A stretch of DNA of 64,000 nucleotides, from contig JAKLDG010000001.1 in assembly GCA_022703645.1 (NCBI GenBank), positions 507,918-571,917 on the forward strand, given 5' to 3'. The position numbers were made by a program, and so were the translations under genes. Positions 44,936 through 55,300 of the stretch are shown here, one piece after another (the first letter of the stretch is position 1; each line of letters begins with the position of its first letter). The notes under the pieces were generated by a model. It did not search any database and was not told the origin of the DNA. It saw nothing but the letters and a program-made list of their open reading frames with translations. Source of the DNA: Patescibacteria group bacterium (GTDB taxonomy: Bacteria; Patescibacteriota; JACPGU01).

Positions 44936-45603
44936 TTTAATTCCTCTAATAGTCTCTCAAATTCCTCTCCATATTTTATCTCAAATTTTTCTAAACGATT
45001 TGTGGTAGGATGGTGAAATTCTATCCGTTTTGCAATCAGCGCAAAGCCTTTTGTTTTCAATCCTTCAACGCGTCCGTAGTATAATTTATCACCAACAATC
45101 GGATGACCGATGTATTCCATGTGCACGCGAAGCTGATGTGTGCGACCGGTTACCGGTTCGAGTTTGATCAATGTGAACTCCCCGCCAATTCTTTTTAAAG
45201 TTTCATAATTTGTAATTGCCTTCTCCCCTCCTCGCATAACAGTCCGCTTTTGTTTTATCTTGCGATCAAGCCCGATCGATGCATCAACGACCCCATGTTT
45301 TTTATCAAATATTCCCAACACTATTGCATGATAAACTTTTTTCACCTTCCTTTCACGAAATTGCTGTTCAAGATTTTTCTGCGCTTTTTCGTTTTTGGCT
45401 AAAACAACTAATCCTGATGTAAATTTATCCAAGCGATGAACAAGAAATAGGTTTTTCTGATTAAAATACTTTCTCAAATAATTAACGATATTATTTTCGT
45501 TTTCTCCTCTCGGCTGATCCACTTCAATCCCCGCTTCTTTATTCACAACTATAATATCGGGGTCTTCATATATAATTTTAACTTTTTGTAAATGGTTATT
45601 CAT
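44932..45603 (-). CDS. RluA-family pseudouridine synthase
   Basis: Catalytic motif HRLDKFTSGLVVLAKN (HRLD..TSG). Its stop overlaps the murD start by 4 nt (ATGA), so it is translationally coupled inside the dcw operon. Confidence 0.8.
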   Translation of the reverse strand: MNNHLQKVKIIYEDPDIIVVNKEAGIEVDQPRGENENNIVNYLRKYFNQKNLFLVHRLDKFTSGLVVLAKNEKAQKNLEQQFRERKVKKVYHAIVLGIFDKKHGVVDASIGLDRKIKQKRTVMRGGEKAITNYETLKRIGGEFTLIKLEPVTGRTHQLRVHMEYIGHPIVGDKLYYGRVEGLKTKGFALIAKRIEFHHPTTNRLEKFEIKYGEEFERLLEELK

Positions 45604-45636
45604 TTTCTAAATAATCCAATTTTTAATTTTGTAATT

Positions 45637-46653
45637 TTATCGAACTCCTCCCCCAATTATTCCAATCAATGTCCCAATCACAGCCAATATCGCTCCCAGC
45701 AACCAAAATCTCATTACAATCTTTGGTTCCGTCCAACCCTTTGCTTGCAGATGATGGTGCAGGGGCGCTGAAACAAATATCTTTTTCTTAAAAACTTTTT
45801 TACTAAATATTTGAAGCATTGAAGAAGAAGCTTCAATCACGAATAATAAACCAATAACTACCAAAACCACTGCAGAATTTGTCAGTAATGCTACAACGGC
45901 CAGCGTGGAACCAAGCGCGAATGCTCCCGTATCCCCCATAAAAAATCTCGCCGGGTTAATATTGAACCAAAGAAATGTGACTAACGCTCCTACTATTGCG
46001 CCGCAAAATGCAGCTAGGTGAAGTTGCCCTTGGAAAAAAGCTATCGCGCCAAATGCGCTAAAAGCAATACCCAAAAGTCCACCAGCCAACCCATCTAAAC
46101 CATCTGTAATATTTACTGCGTTTGCTGTACCAATAACTACAAACATAAAAAATGGAATGTACCACGCACCAATATGGAAATCCCCCACTGCTGGTATATG
46201 CAAAACATCAAATCCCATTCGATAGAAAAACCAATATGCGCCAAGACCCGAGAGTAAAATTAACCAAAAAAACTTTGGTTTTGCGCCAAGACCTTTTATC
46301 GCGCTCTTTCCTCGCATATTCAGCACATCATCCACCGCGCCTAATATTCCGGTTGTAACTAAAACAAATAGTGGCAGCCATGTTTCTGTACGATCAAAAT
46401 TGAAAATGAGTGTTAGAACCGCTGCCGTAACCCATACGAGTAATCCGCCCATTGTCGGCGTACCAGCTTTATGTTCATGAAATTTTTTATATACCGGTAC
46501 GTCAGTATTATCCCAAGATTTGTCGCGGATTTGTTGCGCAACTTTATATTTATATAAAAAGTTTGTGAGCAGCGGTGTCCATACCATTGCCACAATAAAA
46601 GAGCCGAATGTTGTTAGTCCGATTCTAATAATTTCGTTTAAATTTAAATCCAC
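45637..46653 (-). CDS. mraY: Phospho-N-acetylmuramoyl-pentapeptide-transferase
   Basis: Motifs GTPTMGG, NAVNITDGLDGLA and the C-terminal HHH loop (APLHHHL); a polytopic membrane protein. Confidence 0.9.
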   Translation of the reverse strand: MDLNLNEIIRIGLTTFGSFIVAMVWTPLLTNFLYKYKVAQQIRDKSWDNTDVPVYKKFHEHKAGTPTMGGLLVWVTAAVLTLIFNFDRTETWLPLFVLVTTGILGAVDDVLNMRGKSAIKGLGAKPKFFWLILLSGLGAYWFFYRMGFDVLHIPAVGDFHIGAWYIPFFMFVVIGTANAVNITDGLDGLAGGLLGIAFSAFGAIAFFQGQLHLAAFCGAIVGALVTFLWFNINPARFFMGDTGAFALGSTLAVVALLTNSAVVLVVIGLLFVIEASSSMLQIFSKKVFKKKIFVSAPLHHHLQAKGWTEPKIVMRFWLLGAILAVIGTLIGIIGGGVR

Positions 46654-46689
46654 TTTTTTCTCCTTTCTATTATTCTTTAACTTTCAACT

Positions 46690-47880
46690 TTATAACTTTA
46701 TACTTTCAACTATCCTTTCCATCTTCATTCCCCTTGAACCCTTTACCAATATTATATCATTTTTTTGTATAAAACTCCATATTTCTTGGCTTGCTATAAG
46801 CGAATTTTCAAACCAAGTTAATTTTGGCCCAAGGTCTTTTTTATATTTATCAAAAACTTTTTTCATTTTTTCACCAACTAAAATAACAAAATCCGCATTA
46901 CCTTTTAGCTGTCTGCCAATACTCAAATGTAGTTTATCGCTTTGATCCCCAAGTTCCAACATATCAGCAAGTATAAATACCCTTCTCCGTTTTATCGTAT
47001 CAGTATTTTTGATATCATTTACTATTTCAAAAGCTGCCAACATACTTTCAGGATTTGCATTATAAATATCACTGATTATGATTGAACCGTTTATTCCATT
47101 TATTATGTTTGTCCGGTCTTTGGGTAATCTATAATTTTCCAGATTCTTTTTTATTTCTTTTAAAGTCATTCCATAAATAATACCGCAGCAAACGGCAGAG
47201 AGAGCGCTATATACATTGTGTCTTCCAACTACTTTTAAATTTATTTTTTCTTTCTCTTTTTTGTAAATTAAATCAAAACTTAAACCGTCTTTCGTTGATT
47301 TAATTTTCTTTGCAACGACATCTGCGCCATCATCTGTCCCATAAAATAATATATTGCCAATAGTTCTTGTTTTCATTTCGCGGACTTTTTTGTCATCGAA
47401 GTTAAGAACCGCCCAACCATTTTTATCGAGAGATTCTACCAGCGTTCCTTTTTCTTTTGCCACTCCATCTAGATCACAAAAATATTCGAGATGAGAACAA
47501 GCAACTCTAGTGACAACTGCTATGTTTGGTTTTATAAAAGAAGTCAGATATTTCAAGTCCCCTACTCGATCGGCGCCCATTTCTAAAACCAATTTTTCCG
47601 GAAAATTTTTCGAGAAATAAGTTCTGCGAAAAATATCGAAGATATTTTTCGCGCTTTTCGATCCAATAATAGTTAATGGAACACCGATTTCATTATTGAA
47701 ATTCGCTTCATTTTTTCTTGTATTAAATACTGGGGCTAAAACTTCATAAATAGCATCCTTCGCTGAAGTTTTGCCAATGCTACCGGTAACAGCGATAACA
47801 TCCGGATGGAATTTGGTTAGCAGCCTGACGGCGCATTTTCTTAAAATGGATTGAGCTAATGTTTTGATTTGTGATTTCAT
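46690..47880 (-). CDS. murF: UDP-N-acetylmuramoyl-tripeptide--D-alanyl-D-alanine ligase (short form lacking the N-terminal domain)
   Basis: MurF-type motifs: TGSIGKTS P-loop, NFNNEIGVPLTI, YNANPESM and the C-terminal LVKGSRGMKME. It is only 396 aa, so the N-terminal domain 1 is missing. Confidence 0.7.
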   Translation of the reverse strand: MKSQIKTLAQSILRKCAVRLLTKFHPDVIAVTGSIGKTSAKDAIYEVLAPVFNTRKNEANFNNEIGVPLTIIGSKSAKNIFDIFRRTYFSKNFPEKLVLEMGADRVGDLKYLTSFIKPNIAVVTRVACSHLEYFCDLDGVAKEKGTLVESLDKNGWAVLNFDDKKVREMKTRTIGNILFYGTDDGADVVAKKIKSTKDGLSFDLIYKKEKEKINLKVVGRHNVYSALSAVCCGIIYGMTLKEIKKNLENYRLPKDRTNIINGINGSIIISDIYNANPESMLAAFEIVNDIKNTDTIKRRRVFILADMLELGDQSDKLHLSIGRQLKGNADFVILVGEKMKKVFDKYKKDLGPKLTWFENSLIASQEIWSFIQKNDIILVKGSRGMKMERIVESIKL

Positions 47881-48007
47881 AAAATGTTTTAGAAATTTTC
47901 AATTTTCAGTTTTCAATTTTCATTGTAAGTATCGCTTCGCGATGTATTTATTTGAAAATTGAATCATTGAGAATTGATTGAAAATTGTAAATTGTAAAAT
48001 TGGAAAT

Positions 48008-49795
48008 TTACTTTACCAGTCCCTTTTCTCTCTTGATCTGTTCTTCCTTCCATACCTCATCCGGTGGAATTTGGTAATAATTGAGAATGCCTTTTGCCAT
48101 TTCTCCGAAAACCGGAGCGGCTGTAGATTCCGCCCAGATAACATCCTTTGGAACATTTATTCTTACAACCATTACAAAAAGCGGGTTATCCGTAGGACCG
48201 AAACCGATAAATGAACCAATAAATTTATCTGTTTCATAACCTCCGGTTTTTCGAGGAATTTGCGCTGTACCTGTTTTGCCCCCTATGCGATAACCCTTTA
48301 CTCTCGCCTGCTTTCCATGACCTCTCTCTGCAACACTAACCATCATTTCGGTAATTTTTTTTGCTGAATCCTCACTCAACGCTCTTCCAATTATTTTTGG
48401 ATCAACTTTTTGAACCTTTCCATTTTTATCAATATATTCTTTAACAATATGTGGCGCAACCATCAACCCACCATTTGCAACCGCACCCATTGCTTGAGCT
48501 AATTGAATCTCGGTAGTATTAATACCTTGACCAAATGACATTGTCGCTAAATCAACCGGTATCGCATCCTCTTTATCTCTCACTGCTCCTGGTGATTCGC
48601 CATCAATCTCTATCCCGGTACGCTTTCCGAAATTAAAACTATTAACGTAATCATAAAATTTATCTTTTCCTGTTTTCTGAATCATCCAGACCATACCAAC
48701 ATTATCAGAGTTTTCTAAAACCTGAGTCATTGTTTCATAGCCATAAGGTTTTTTCTGTGAATTCCATATTACCGCGTCCTGCACTTTAACATTTGCATCA
48801 AAATATTCTCCGGTTTCAGGTGTTACCGTTCCACTATCAATACCAGCTGCCATTGCAATTAATTTAAACACCGAACCCGGTTCATAGGCATCAGAAATCG
48901 CATTACACTGAAAAATACTATAGTCTTTTACGTCAGTATATTTTGCTGGATCATATGTCGGCCATTCTGCCAGCGCGAGAATCCCTCCGCTTTTTGCATC
49001 CATTACCACGATTGACCCACTGTCTGCTTTGTGGTCTTCTACAGCTTTCTTAACTTGATTTTCTGCCATAAATTGAATGACTCGATCTATAGTCAGAACT
49101 ACATCTTTACCATTCTTTGGCATCACTACTTTGCTGTCAGCAACTGTTATCTGACGTCCAAGAATATCGCGTTCCGAAATTATCTTTCCTTCCTGACCTT
49201 TTAAAACATCATTTAGATAACCCTCAATGCCATATTTACCTTCACCTTCACCATCAACGAAACCTAAAAATTTTGCTCCCATACTTCCTTCTGGATAATC
49301 GCGGTAAGTTTCGGGAATTAATACAATTCCTGGCAATTTTAGGGCCTCAATTTTCTTGCTTACTTCATCAGGCAGCTTCCGCTTTAACGGCGGTATATAT
49401 ACTTTCTTTTCATTTAAAAGCTTTAAAATATCTGCCGCGGGCATATCTATTATCGGTCCCAAACCATTTGCCACCGCATTTTCATCCTCAACCTGCTGTG
49501 GAATAATCATCACAGACCAAAAAGTTTTATTTGTTACCAATGGATAATGGGTATCGCTATAAATGTCGCCAACATAAATTTCACCGCGTGCCGGCATAAT
49601 TTTCTGTTCTTTGTATCTCTGATCATAAGCTAATTGTTCATAGTGCGCATGCTGAATGACTTGCTTTTGAAAAAGACGTATACATATACCTCCAAAAACA
49701 AGCAATACTATAAAGAAAACAAAGGTAATACGCGCTTTTGTACTCCCCTGCTCTTCCATTCGCAAATTTGAACTAACAGCATTAAACCCAAACAT
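48008..49795 (-). CDS. ftsI: Class B penicillin-binding protein (FtsI/PBP2 transpeptidase)
   Basis: TM anchor and PBP-dimer domain. Transpeptidase motifs: SxxK in GSVFKL, SxN in SDN, and KTGT. It holds the ftsI position after ftsL. Confidence 0.85.
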   Translation of the reverse strand: MFGFNAVSSNLRMEEQGSTKARITFVFFIVLLVFGGICIRLFQKQVIQHAHYEQLAYDQRYKEQKIMPARGEIYVGDIYSDTHYPLVTNKTFWSVMIIPQQVEDENAVANGLGPIIDMPAADILKLLNEKKVYIPPLKRKLPDEVSKKIEALKLPGIVLIPETYRDYPEGSMGAKFLGFVDGEGEGKYGIEGYLNDVLKGQEGKIISERDILGRQITVADSKVVMPKNGKDVVLTIDRVIQFMAENQVKKAVEDHKADSGSIVVMDAKSGGILALAEWPTYDPAKYTDVKDYSIFQCNAISDAYEPGSVFKLIAMAAGIDSGTVTPETGEYFDANVKVQDAVIWNSQKKPYGYETMTQVLENSDNVGMVWMIQKTGKDKFYDYVNSFNFGKRTGIEIDGESPGAVRDKEDAIPVDLATMSFGQGINTTEIQLAQAMGAVANGGLMVAPHIVKEYIDKNGKVQKVDPKIIGRALSEDSAKKITEMMVSVAERGHGKQARVKGYRIGGKTGTAQIPRKTGGYETDKFIGSFIGFGPTDNPLFVMVVRINVPKDVIWAESTAAPVFGEMAKGILNYYQIPPDEVWKEEQIKREKGLVK

Positions 49796-49915
49796 ATTCT
49801 CTTTTAATCTTTTAATAAAAAATAAACAAACATAGGAAAATAAAACCTATGTTTTTAAGATACTACCATTATAAGCCTAGAAGCCCGAGAAAGCCAAGCA
49901 AAAGGGCTTTTAAGA

Positions 49916-50272
49916 CTATTTCATAGCCAAAGAACCGCTGATACTACTAAAGTACTTTAATTCCTTCATCGGCACAAACGAAAGATCTTTTGATTTCTCT
50001 GAGATCTTGTTTAATGATTCAAGTCTGGCAGCTTCAACTTGCAATCTCTCATTTTCAGCCTGAACTTTTGCTTTTTTTTGCTCCAGGTCTTGTAAAGCGT
50101 AACCTTTTGTGGTTATCTGGTTTGACTGCGCAAGATAAAATAAGCTAATTAATGAAAATATTAATATTGTAATAAAGCTCAAAGCAACGGGACCAAGCCT
50201 CAAACCACTCTTACGGTATGTAGAGTGATATCTGCCTATTCTTGCTTGTTTTCTTCTATTTAATATTTTCAT
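49916..50272 (-). CDS. ftsL: Cell division protein FtsL
   Basis: 118 aa with a single TM (VALSFITILIFSLISLFYL) followed by a coiled coil (KKAKVQAENERLQVEAARLESL). It lies between rsmH and ftsI. Confidence 0.7.
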   Translation of the reverse strand: MKILNRRKQARIGRYHSTYRKSGLRLGPVALSFITILIFSLISLFYLAQSNQITTKGYALQDLEQKKAKVQAENERLQVEAARLESLNKISEKSKDLSFVPMKELKYFSSISGSLAMK

Positions 50273-50296
50273 ATGTGTATTTATTTGTTTTTTTGT

Positions 50297-51172
50297 TTAA
50301 ATGACCTCTGCGACTCGCATTTTGGCGCTTCTTGATAATCTGTTTTCAATCTGTTCAGATCTGCCCGGCATGATCACTTTTTTATTTATGATTTTTAGAA
50401 TACCTTGTTTGTTTTTTTCTCTTAAAAAATTTTTTACTATTCTATCCTCTCCGGAGTGAAAAGATATTACTACCAGCCTTCCACCGCTTTTTAATACTTT
50501 TAAAGAATTTTCTAATGCTTTTTCTAAGTTTTTAAATTCTTCGTTTACCTCAATTCGCAGAGCCATGAATGTCAGCGTTGCCGGGTTTGTTTTGCCGTGT
50601 TGCGCTTTTACAGATCTGACAATTGCCGCTAAGTCATCTGTTGTTTCTATTCTTTTCTTTCGCCTCACTTCAGTAATCTTTTTTGCTATTACCCTTGCAA
50701 ATCTCTCATCTACATTTTTTAAAACTTCTTCCAATCTTTCCCTGGTATATGAATTTACTACTTTCTCTGCAGTAAAATCTTTATCAAGGTCTAATCTCAT
50801 ATCTAGTGGCTCATTTTTTAAAAAAGAAAAACCCCTACCACTTTCTTTTATTTGATAAAGGTTTGTCCCCAAGTCGAATACAATCCCATCAACTTTGCCA
50901 ATGTCATTTGATAACAGAATGTCAGCAACATCGAAAAAATTACGATTGTATAAAGACAAGTTTTTGTAAGCACCAAATTTACTTTTTGCATTTTTGTAAA
51001 TTTCCTTATCTACTTCTATTCCGATTACGTGACCGGTAAAGTCTTTCTTATTTAATATTTCACCAGTATGACCACCAAACCCGAATGTCGCATCTATATA
51101 TATACCATTAGGTTTGATTTCCAAAGCTTCAACCGCCTCTTTCTTCAATACTGTAGTGTGAATGTTTTTCAT
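50297..51172 (-). CDS. rsmH: 16S rRNA (cytosine1402-N4)-methyltransferase
   Basis: GIYIDATFGFGGHT SAM-binding motif; 291 aa; dcw position downstream of mraZ. Confidence 0.9.
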   Translation of the reverse strand: MKNIHTTVLKKEAVEALEIKPNGIYIDATFGFGGHTGEILNKKDFTGHVIGIEVDKEIYKNAKSKFGAYKNLSLYNRNFFDVADILLSNDIGKVDGIVFDLGTNLYQIKESGRGFSFLKNEPLDMRLDLDKDFTAEKVVNSYTRERLEEVLKNVDERFARVIAKKITEVRRKKRIETTDDLAAIVRSVKAQHGKTNPATLTFMALRIEVNEEFKNLEKALENSLKVLKSGGRLVVISFHSGEDRIVKNFLREKNKQGILKIINKKVIMPGRSEQIENRLSRSAKMRVAEVI

Positions 51173-51230
51173 TATGATTGGGTTTAAGCTTTCTAACTTT
51201 TACTTTTTATCTTCAAGTAAGTAATTAGCA

Positions 51231-51394
51231 GAAGCCTGAAGTCGGTAGGTTTGTTTTTGTTTTTGTTCAAAACATTTAGGATGGAGGTTCCCGCCCTTTC
51301 TTGAGAACAATATTTGTTCGCAAGAAAGGGCGGGATAAATTTTTTGTTTTTGTTTTATCCCGACTATTATGTCGAAATGTTGACTTCAGGCTTG
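51231..51394. repeat. Inverted-repeat / palindromic element (MITE- or REPIN-like) in the unusually long mraZ-rsmH spacer
   Basis: Outer inverted repeats GAAGCCTGAAGTC (51231-51243) and GACTTCAGGCTTG (51382-51394), 12/13 matched. Flanking T-rich direct repeats (TTTGTTTTTGTTTTTGTT at 51251 and TTTTTTGTTTTTGTTTTAT at 51341). A central 45-bp near-perfect GC-rich palindrome CCCGCCCTTTCTTG-agaacaatatttgttcg-CAAGAAAGGGCGGG (51290-51334) has a loop that is itself a hairpin. Confidence 0.6.
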
Positions 51395-51632
51395 TTATAA
51401 AAATCTTTTAAGAAGCCTCTGATAAGCAATATTTAGTTATAAAATTTAAGATTTTTTAGATAAAATTCATGAATAAAATTTTGAGTTTAGTTGATACTAA
51501 GCGAAAAATTTTTGAAAGAATTTTAGCAAAAAAGATAAATTTTTAACAAATACATTGTTTGTCTGAGGTTTCTTCTTCCTCCTAAAAGATCCTTAATCAG
51601 TTTTTAAATGCGGCTACGTATTTTGCGATTTT

Positions 51633-52064
51633 TTAAACTCCAAGAGACGAGAGTTTATCCGCAATATCTGAGGAATTTTTCTCGATATTTGCTTCATACT
51701 TCTTCCAGGCACTCTCGTCCCAGATCTCTATTCTGTTATAGAGTCCTGCAACGACAATGTCTTTCTTTAGATGAGCAAAATCCCTCAAATATTGTGGCAA
51801 AACTATTCTTCCTGTTTTATCAGGAACGATATCCATTGCTCCTGCAAGCATTAAACGTGCGTAATCACGTGCTGATTTATCAGTAGTTGGCATATTGCCG
51901 AGCTTCTCAGCAATCACATCCCACTCTTTTTTTCCGTACATAAACAGGCAGTCATCCAACCCGCGAGTCACTACAACACCTTCGTGAAGTTCGCCTCGGT
52001 ATTTTGGAGGGGTTGCAATCCTTCCTTTGTCATCAATTGTGTATGAATACTCGCCAATGAACAT
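51633..52064 (-). CDS. mraZ: Transcriptional regulator MraZ
   Basis: MFIGEYSYTIDDKGRIATPPKYR... contains the duplicated SpoVT/AbrB-like MraZ halves; it is the first gene of the dcw cluster. Confidence 0.9.
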   Translation of the reverse strand: MFIGEYSYTIDDKGRIATPPKYRGELHEGVVVTRGLDDCLFMYGKKEWDVIAEKLGNMPTTDKSARDYARLMLAGAMDIVPDKTGRIVLPQYLRDFAHLKKDIVVAGLYNRIEIWDESAWKKYEANIEKNSSDIADKLSSLGV

Positions 52065-52154
52065 CTTTTCTTGGTTTAAAGTTTAATGATTTTCACCCGT
52101 TAGAAGTACGGGTACTTTTAGCCCTCTTTTTTACTTATTGTGAACCTGATGGAT

Positions 52155-52192
52155 TATCCACTTTTCCCCACTCTTATCCACAATTTCCCACT
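52155..52192 (-). promoter_or_regulatory. MraZ operator: four direct GTGG(G/A) repeats at exact 10-bp spacing upstream of mraZ
   Basis: On the minus strand the sequence reads AGTGGGaaattGTGGATaagaGTGGGGaaaaGTGGA, with CCAC at + strand 52157-60, 52167-70, 52177-80 and 52187-90. MraZ is known to bind GTGGG-type direct repeats in its own promoter. Confidence 0.6.
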
Positions 52193-52243
52193 CGCTTGAT
52201 ACATAATAAACCTTTTTTTAAGTCTTTGCAAGCAAAATAAAGG

Positions 52244-52277
52244 TAGAAAAAAATGACCTTGTTGGGTCATTTTTTTC
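52244..52277 (-). terminator. Rho-independent (bidirectional-type) terminator downstream of the giant surface-protein gene
   Basis: A-run, then AATGACC-ttgttg-GGTCATT, then TTTTTTT, located between the stop of 52349..56056 and the mraZ operator. Confidence 0.6.
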
Positions 52278-52348
52278 TAAATGGTATTGATTTGTGGATA
52301 ATTATTGAGAATAATTCTCAAAAATATCTATTTCCCACTTAGCTATCA

Positions 52349-55300
52349 TTATTTCAATCTTGTATTCTTTATTATCTTTTCAATCTTAGTAGTGTTGGTA
52401 CCATATTTACCTTCAAACGTGAATTTGGTATCAAAAGCTGAAGCAGTGGTTAACCCTTGAACATCAAAGGTTATCACAGTTGAACCATTATTAACAACTA
52501 GCCCAGTAACACAATTACTTTTTACTGTTAATGGATTACCGTCTGCGTCAGAAGCCCCAACTACCTTGTAGCCTGATGGCATAGATGCGCAGGCTTTGAC
52601 GGTCCAGTTGGTAGTAGATTCAAGAACAAATTCGTAAGAATGAGAGTTAACACCAGCGCCCCAGACCACAGATTCTGGGTAAGTCAGGTTAAGATTTGCT
52701 GGAGTAGTAATAAAGTCTTCATCACCTGGGTCTACTGCTACACAAATCTTGTTGGCATCTTTAGAGCTACATTTAACCTTCACACTCTTCATAACTTTGT
52801 TGTTCATCTTTGCTACCGGTCCTTTATTGAAGTTAAACTTATCAGAAGTTAATTTTCTACAAATGGTAGTAGTATGAGTTGAACTATCTACCGGATCGGA
52901 GATAACCACACGGGTAGCAGTGATATAGTTATCAATCTTAGGAAGAATGATATATTGAGAACTCTTTGTAATTGCAGCTTCTTTGGTGGTTGCTGTGTTA
53001 CCATCATATATAGAAGCACATTGAGCCTTAACCTTCTTGTCGAAGTCTTTAGATCCTAATGCAGTTATTAATGCTGCTTGGGTATAGACTTTGGTATTAA
53101 CTGAATCGATTACTTCTCCACGAGAGTCCCCTACTGGCCCAGGAATTAGAGAAGTTTTTGCTGATTTCTTTTCCTTACCATTTACTATGCCTGCAAAACC
53201 TACAACATCTTTACTATACACTACATGCAGATCACCTGTAGCTAATATAGCAGCTTTTACTGAAACGCCTAACGCAAATCTAGTAAAGTGAGTTGTAGTA
53301 AATGTTATATAGTAGTTAGAACCAGAGATACCAGTATCAGTAATGTTGTCATGATCAGCCCAGGTATTCCCTGCATCGGGAGAAAAGAATACATGGACAT
53401 CAGTAATAGCATAGCCAAGACTGTCCAAAAGAGCCTTATCAATCTTTAATGTTATTGTTACTGGAGAATTGAATGTCAGACCATCTGGTGAAAATTCATA
53501 TGAAGTTAATCCATCATATATACCGAATGGACCGGTGATCATGAAGTTAGATCCTGTTCCATCAATGCTGATTGTTGTGTCAGTGGAAAGCGCGCCAGCA
53601 GGAACAGTGATAGAAGCATTTGTGTCTGGAGTTGTAAGAGTAGCCCCCGCACTGGTAACCAATCCTGAAACATAAGCAGGGTTAGTTGGAGCAGCATTAG
53701 AGATGGAAATACTATTAATCTCAGGGGTAGAATTAGGATCGTTTGACATTAAGATTGTTTTATATTGAATGTACTGTCCTGTTGGAGAGCCAACTGGTTC
53801 TCCGGAATTACCATGATTTTGCCAATCAGACCACGCGCCTGAATATATTTCAAATTCATTAATGGCTACTGTATTAACTGCGCCTTCATCAACTTGTTTG
53901 GTGATATGTAACCTGAGTTTCCTTGTCTCAACTGTACTGAAGGATATTGAGAAATGATTATTAGAATTATTACCAATAACTTGTTGGACAGTATTCCAAT
54001 CAGAATCTACGGTTGGCTCACAATTATTATCATCTACACATACCTGAATATCAAAATCTACAGGATACATTTTTGTGCCGTACCATAGATCAACTTTAGA
54101 TACTTTGGTTGGAGATGCAAAATCAACCGCTACCCATTGAGGATTGGATGGCGATATTGATGATCCATTATCTTCGCTCTGCCAACCACTAAATTCCCTA
54201 TCACCATCAGCGATATTTGATACGTCACCAAATGGATAGTTTGGTTCTCCAGAACTAGATGAAAGATTTTTATTTAAAATAATATTTGTAATTGGATCAG
54301 CAGCAGCAGTTCGAGTCTGTAATGTTATTGATGTGCCAGCAGGAGTATTTGCAGTCCAGTCAATCGTACCCCAGTCTGTCTGGGCTCCAGTATTAATTAT
54401 GGAGGAAACCAAAGATGAAGAACCCGAATAACCTAACGGACCCAGCTTCTGCGCGTAAATTTGTGTGTTTAGCATACTATAGTCTTCCCATGCAGTGATT
54501 GCGCTTCCGGTTTCTGCTGTAGTTAAAACGGGAAAGCTTTGTCCGGCAGCTTTAGTGGCAATCGCCAAGCCATCTGCTCCCCACAAAGTGTTGCCGAAAG
54601 AATCTATATCTTGTCCATAAATATCAGAGTTCATACCGGAACGAAAATCGTTCCATACGATTATAGCACCTCCGTTGCCATCAGAAGCAATCTGATGGTC
54701 AAACTGAACTTGACCAAAATAATTCGAAACCGCTACTCCCGCAGGATTCCATATTAAAGAACCGGAAGAGTCAATTTTTTGAGCATAAATATTATATGTA
54801 GTTGGCGTATTGCGATCGTCAGCCCAGCTTATTATTGCGCCACCGTTGCCATCTGAAACAATTTTAGAATATACTTCCATACTTGTCGTAGTCGCGATTC
54901 CAACTCCATCTGCCTGCCATTTTATTGCCCCGGAGCTGTCAACTCTCTGGGCATAAACATTATTATCATTTGGGCTTACTCTATCATCCGACCAAGTTAC
55001 TATTACACCATTGCTACCATCCGATGTAATCTGCGGATCCTGACCACCATTTATCGTTACTTCAGCCCATTGCAATGAACCGGAACTACTAATTCTTTGC
55101 GCAAAAAGACCAGAACCATTTTGAGTGATATTAAGACCATCCCAAACCACTATCGCACCGCCTGAACCATCCGAAACCAATTTCGAATTTGAGTCCCTAT
55201 AAGTATTATTAGTAGAAATCTTGACGCCGTCCGTTGCCCATTGGAAAGAACCTGACGAATCTAATTTTTGCGCATAAACATGATATTGCCAATTTCTGCT

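Noticed and set aside
52296-52322. Perfect palindrome TTGAGAAT-A-ATTCTCAA just downstream of the giant-protein stop
   Set aside because: It could be an operator or small hairpin, but it is AT-only, short, and sits upstream of the much stronger GC-stem terminator at 52244-52277. I could not assign it a function.
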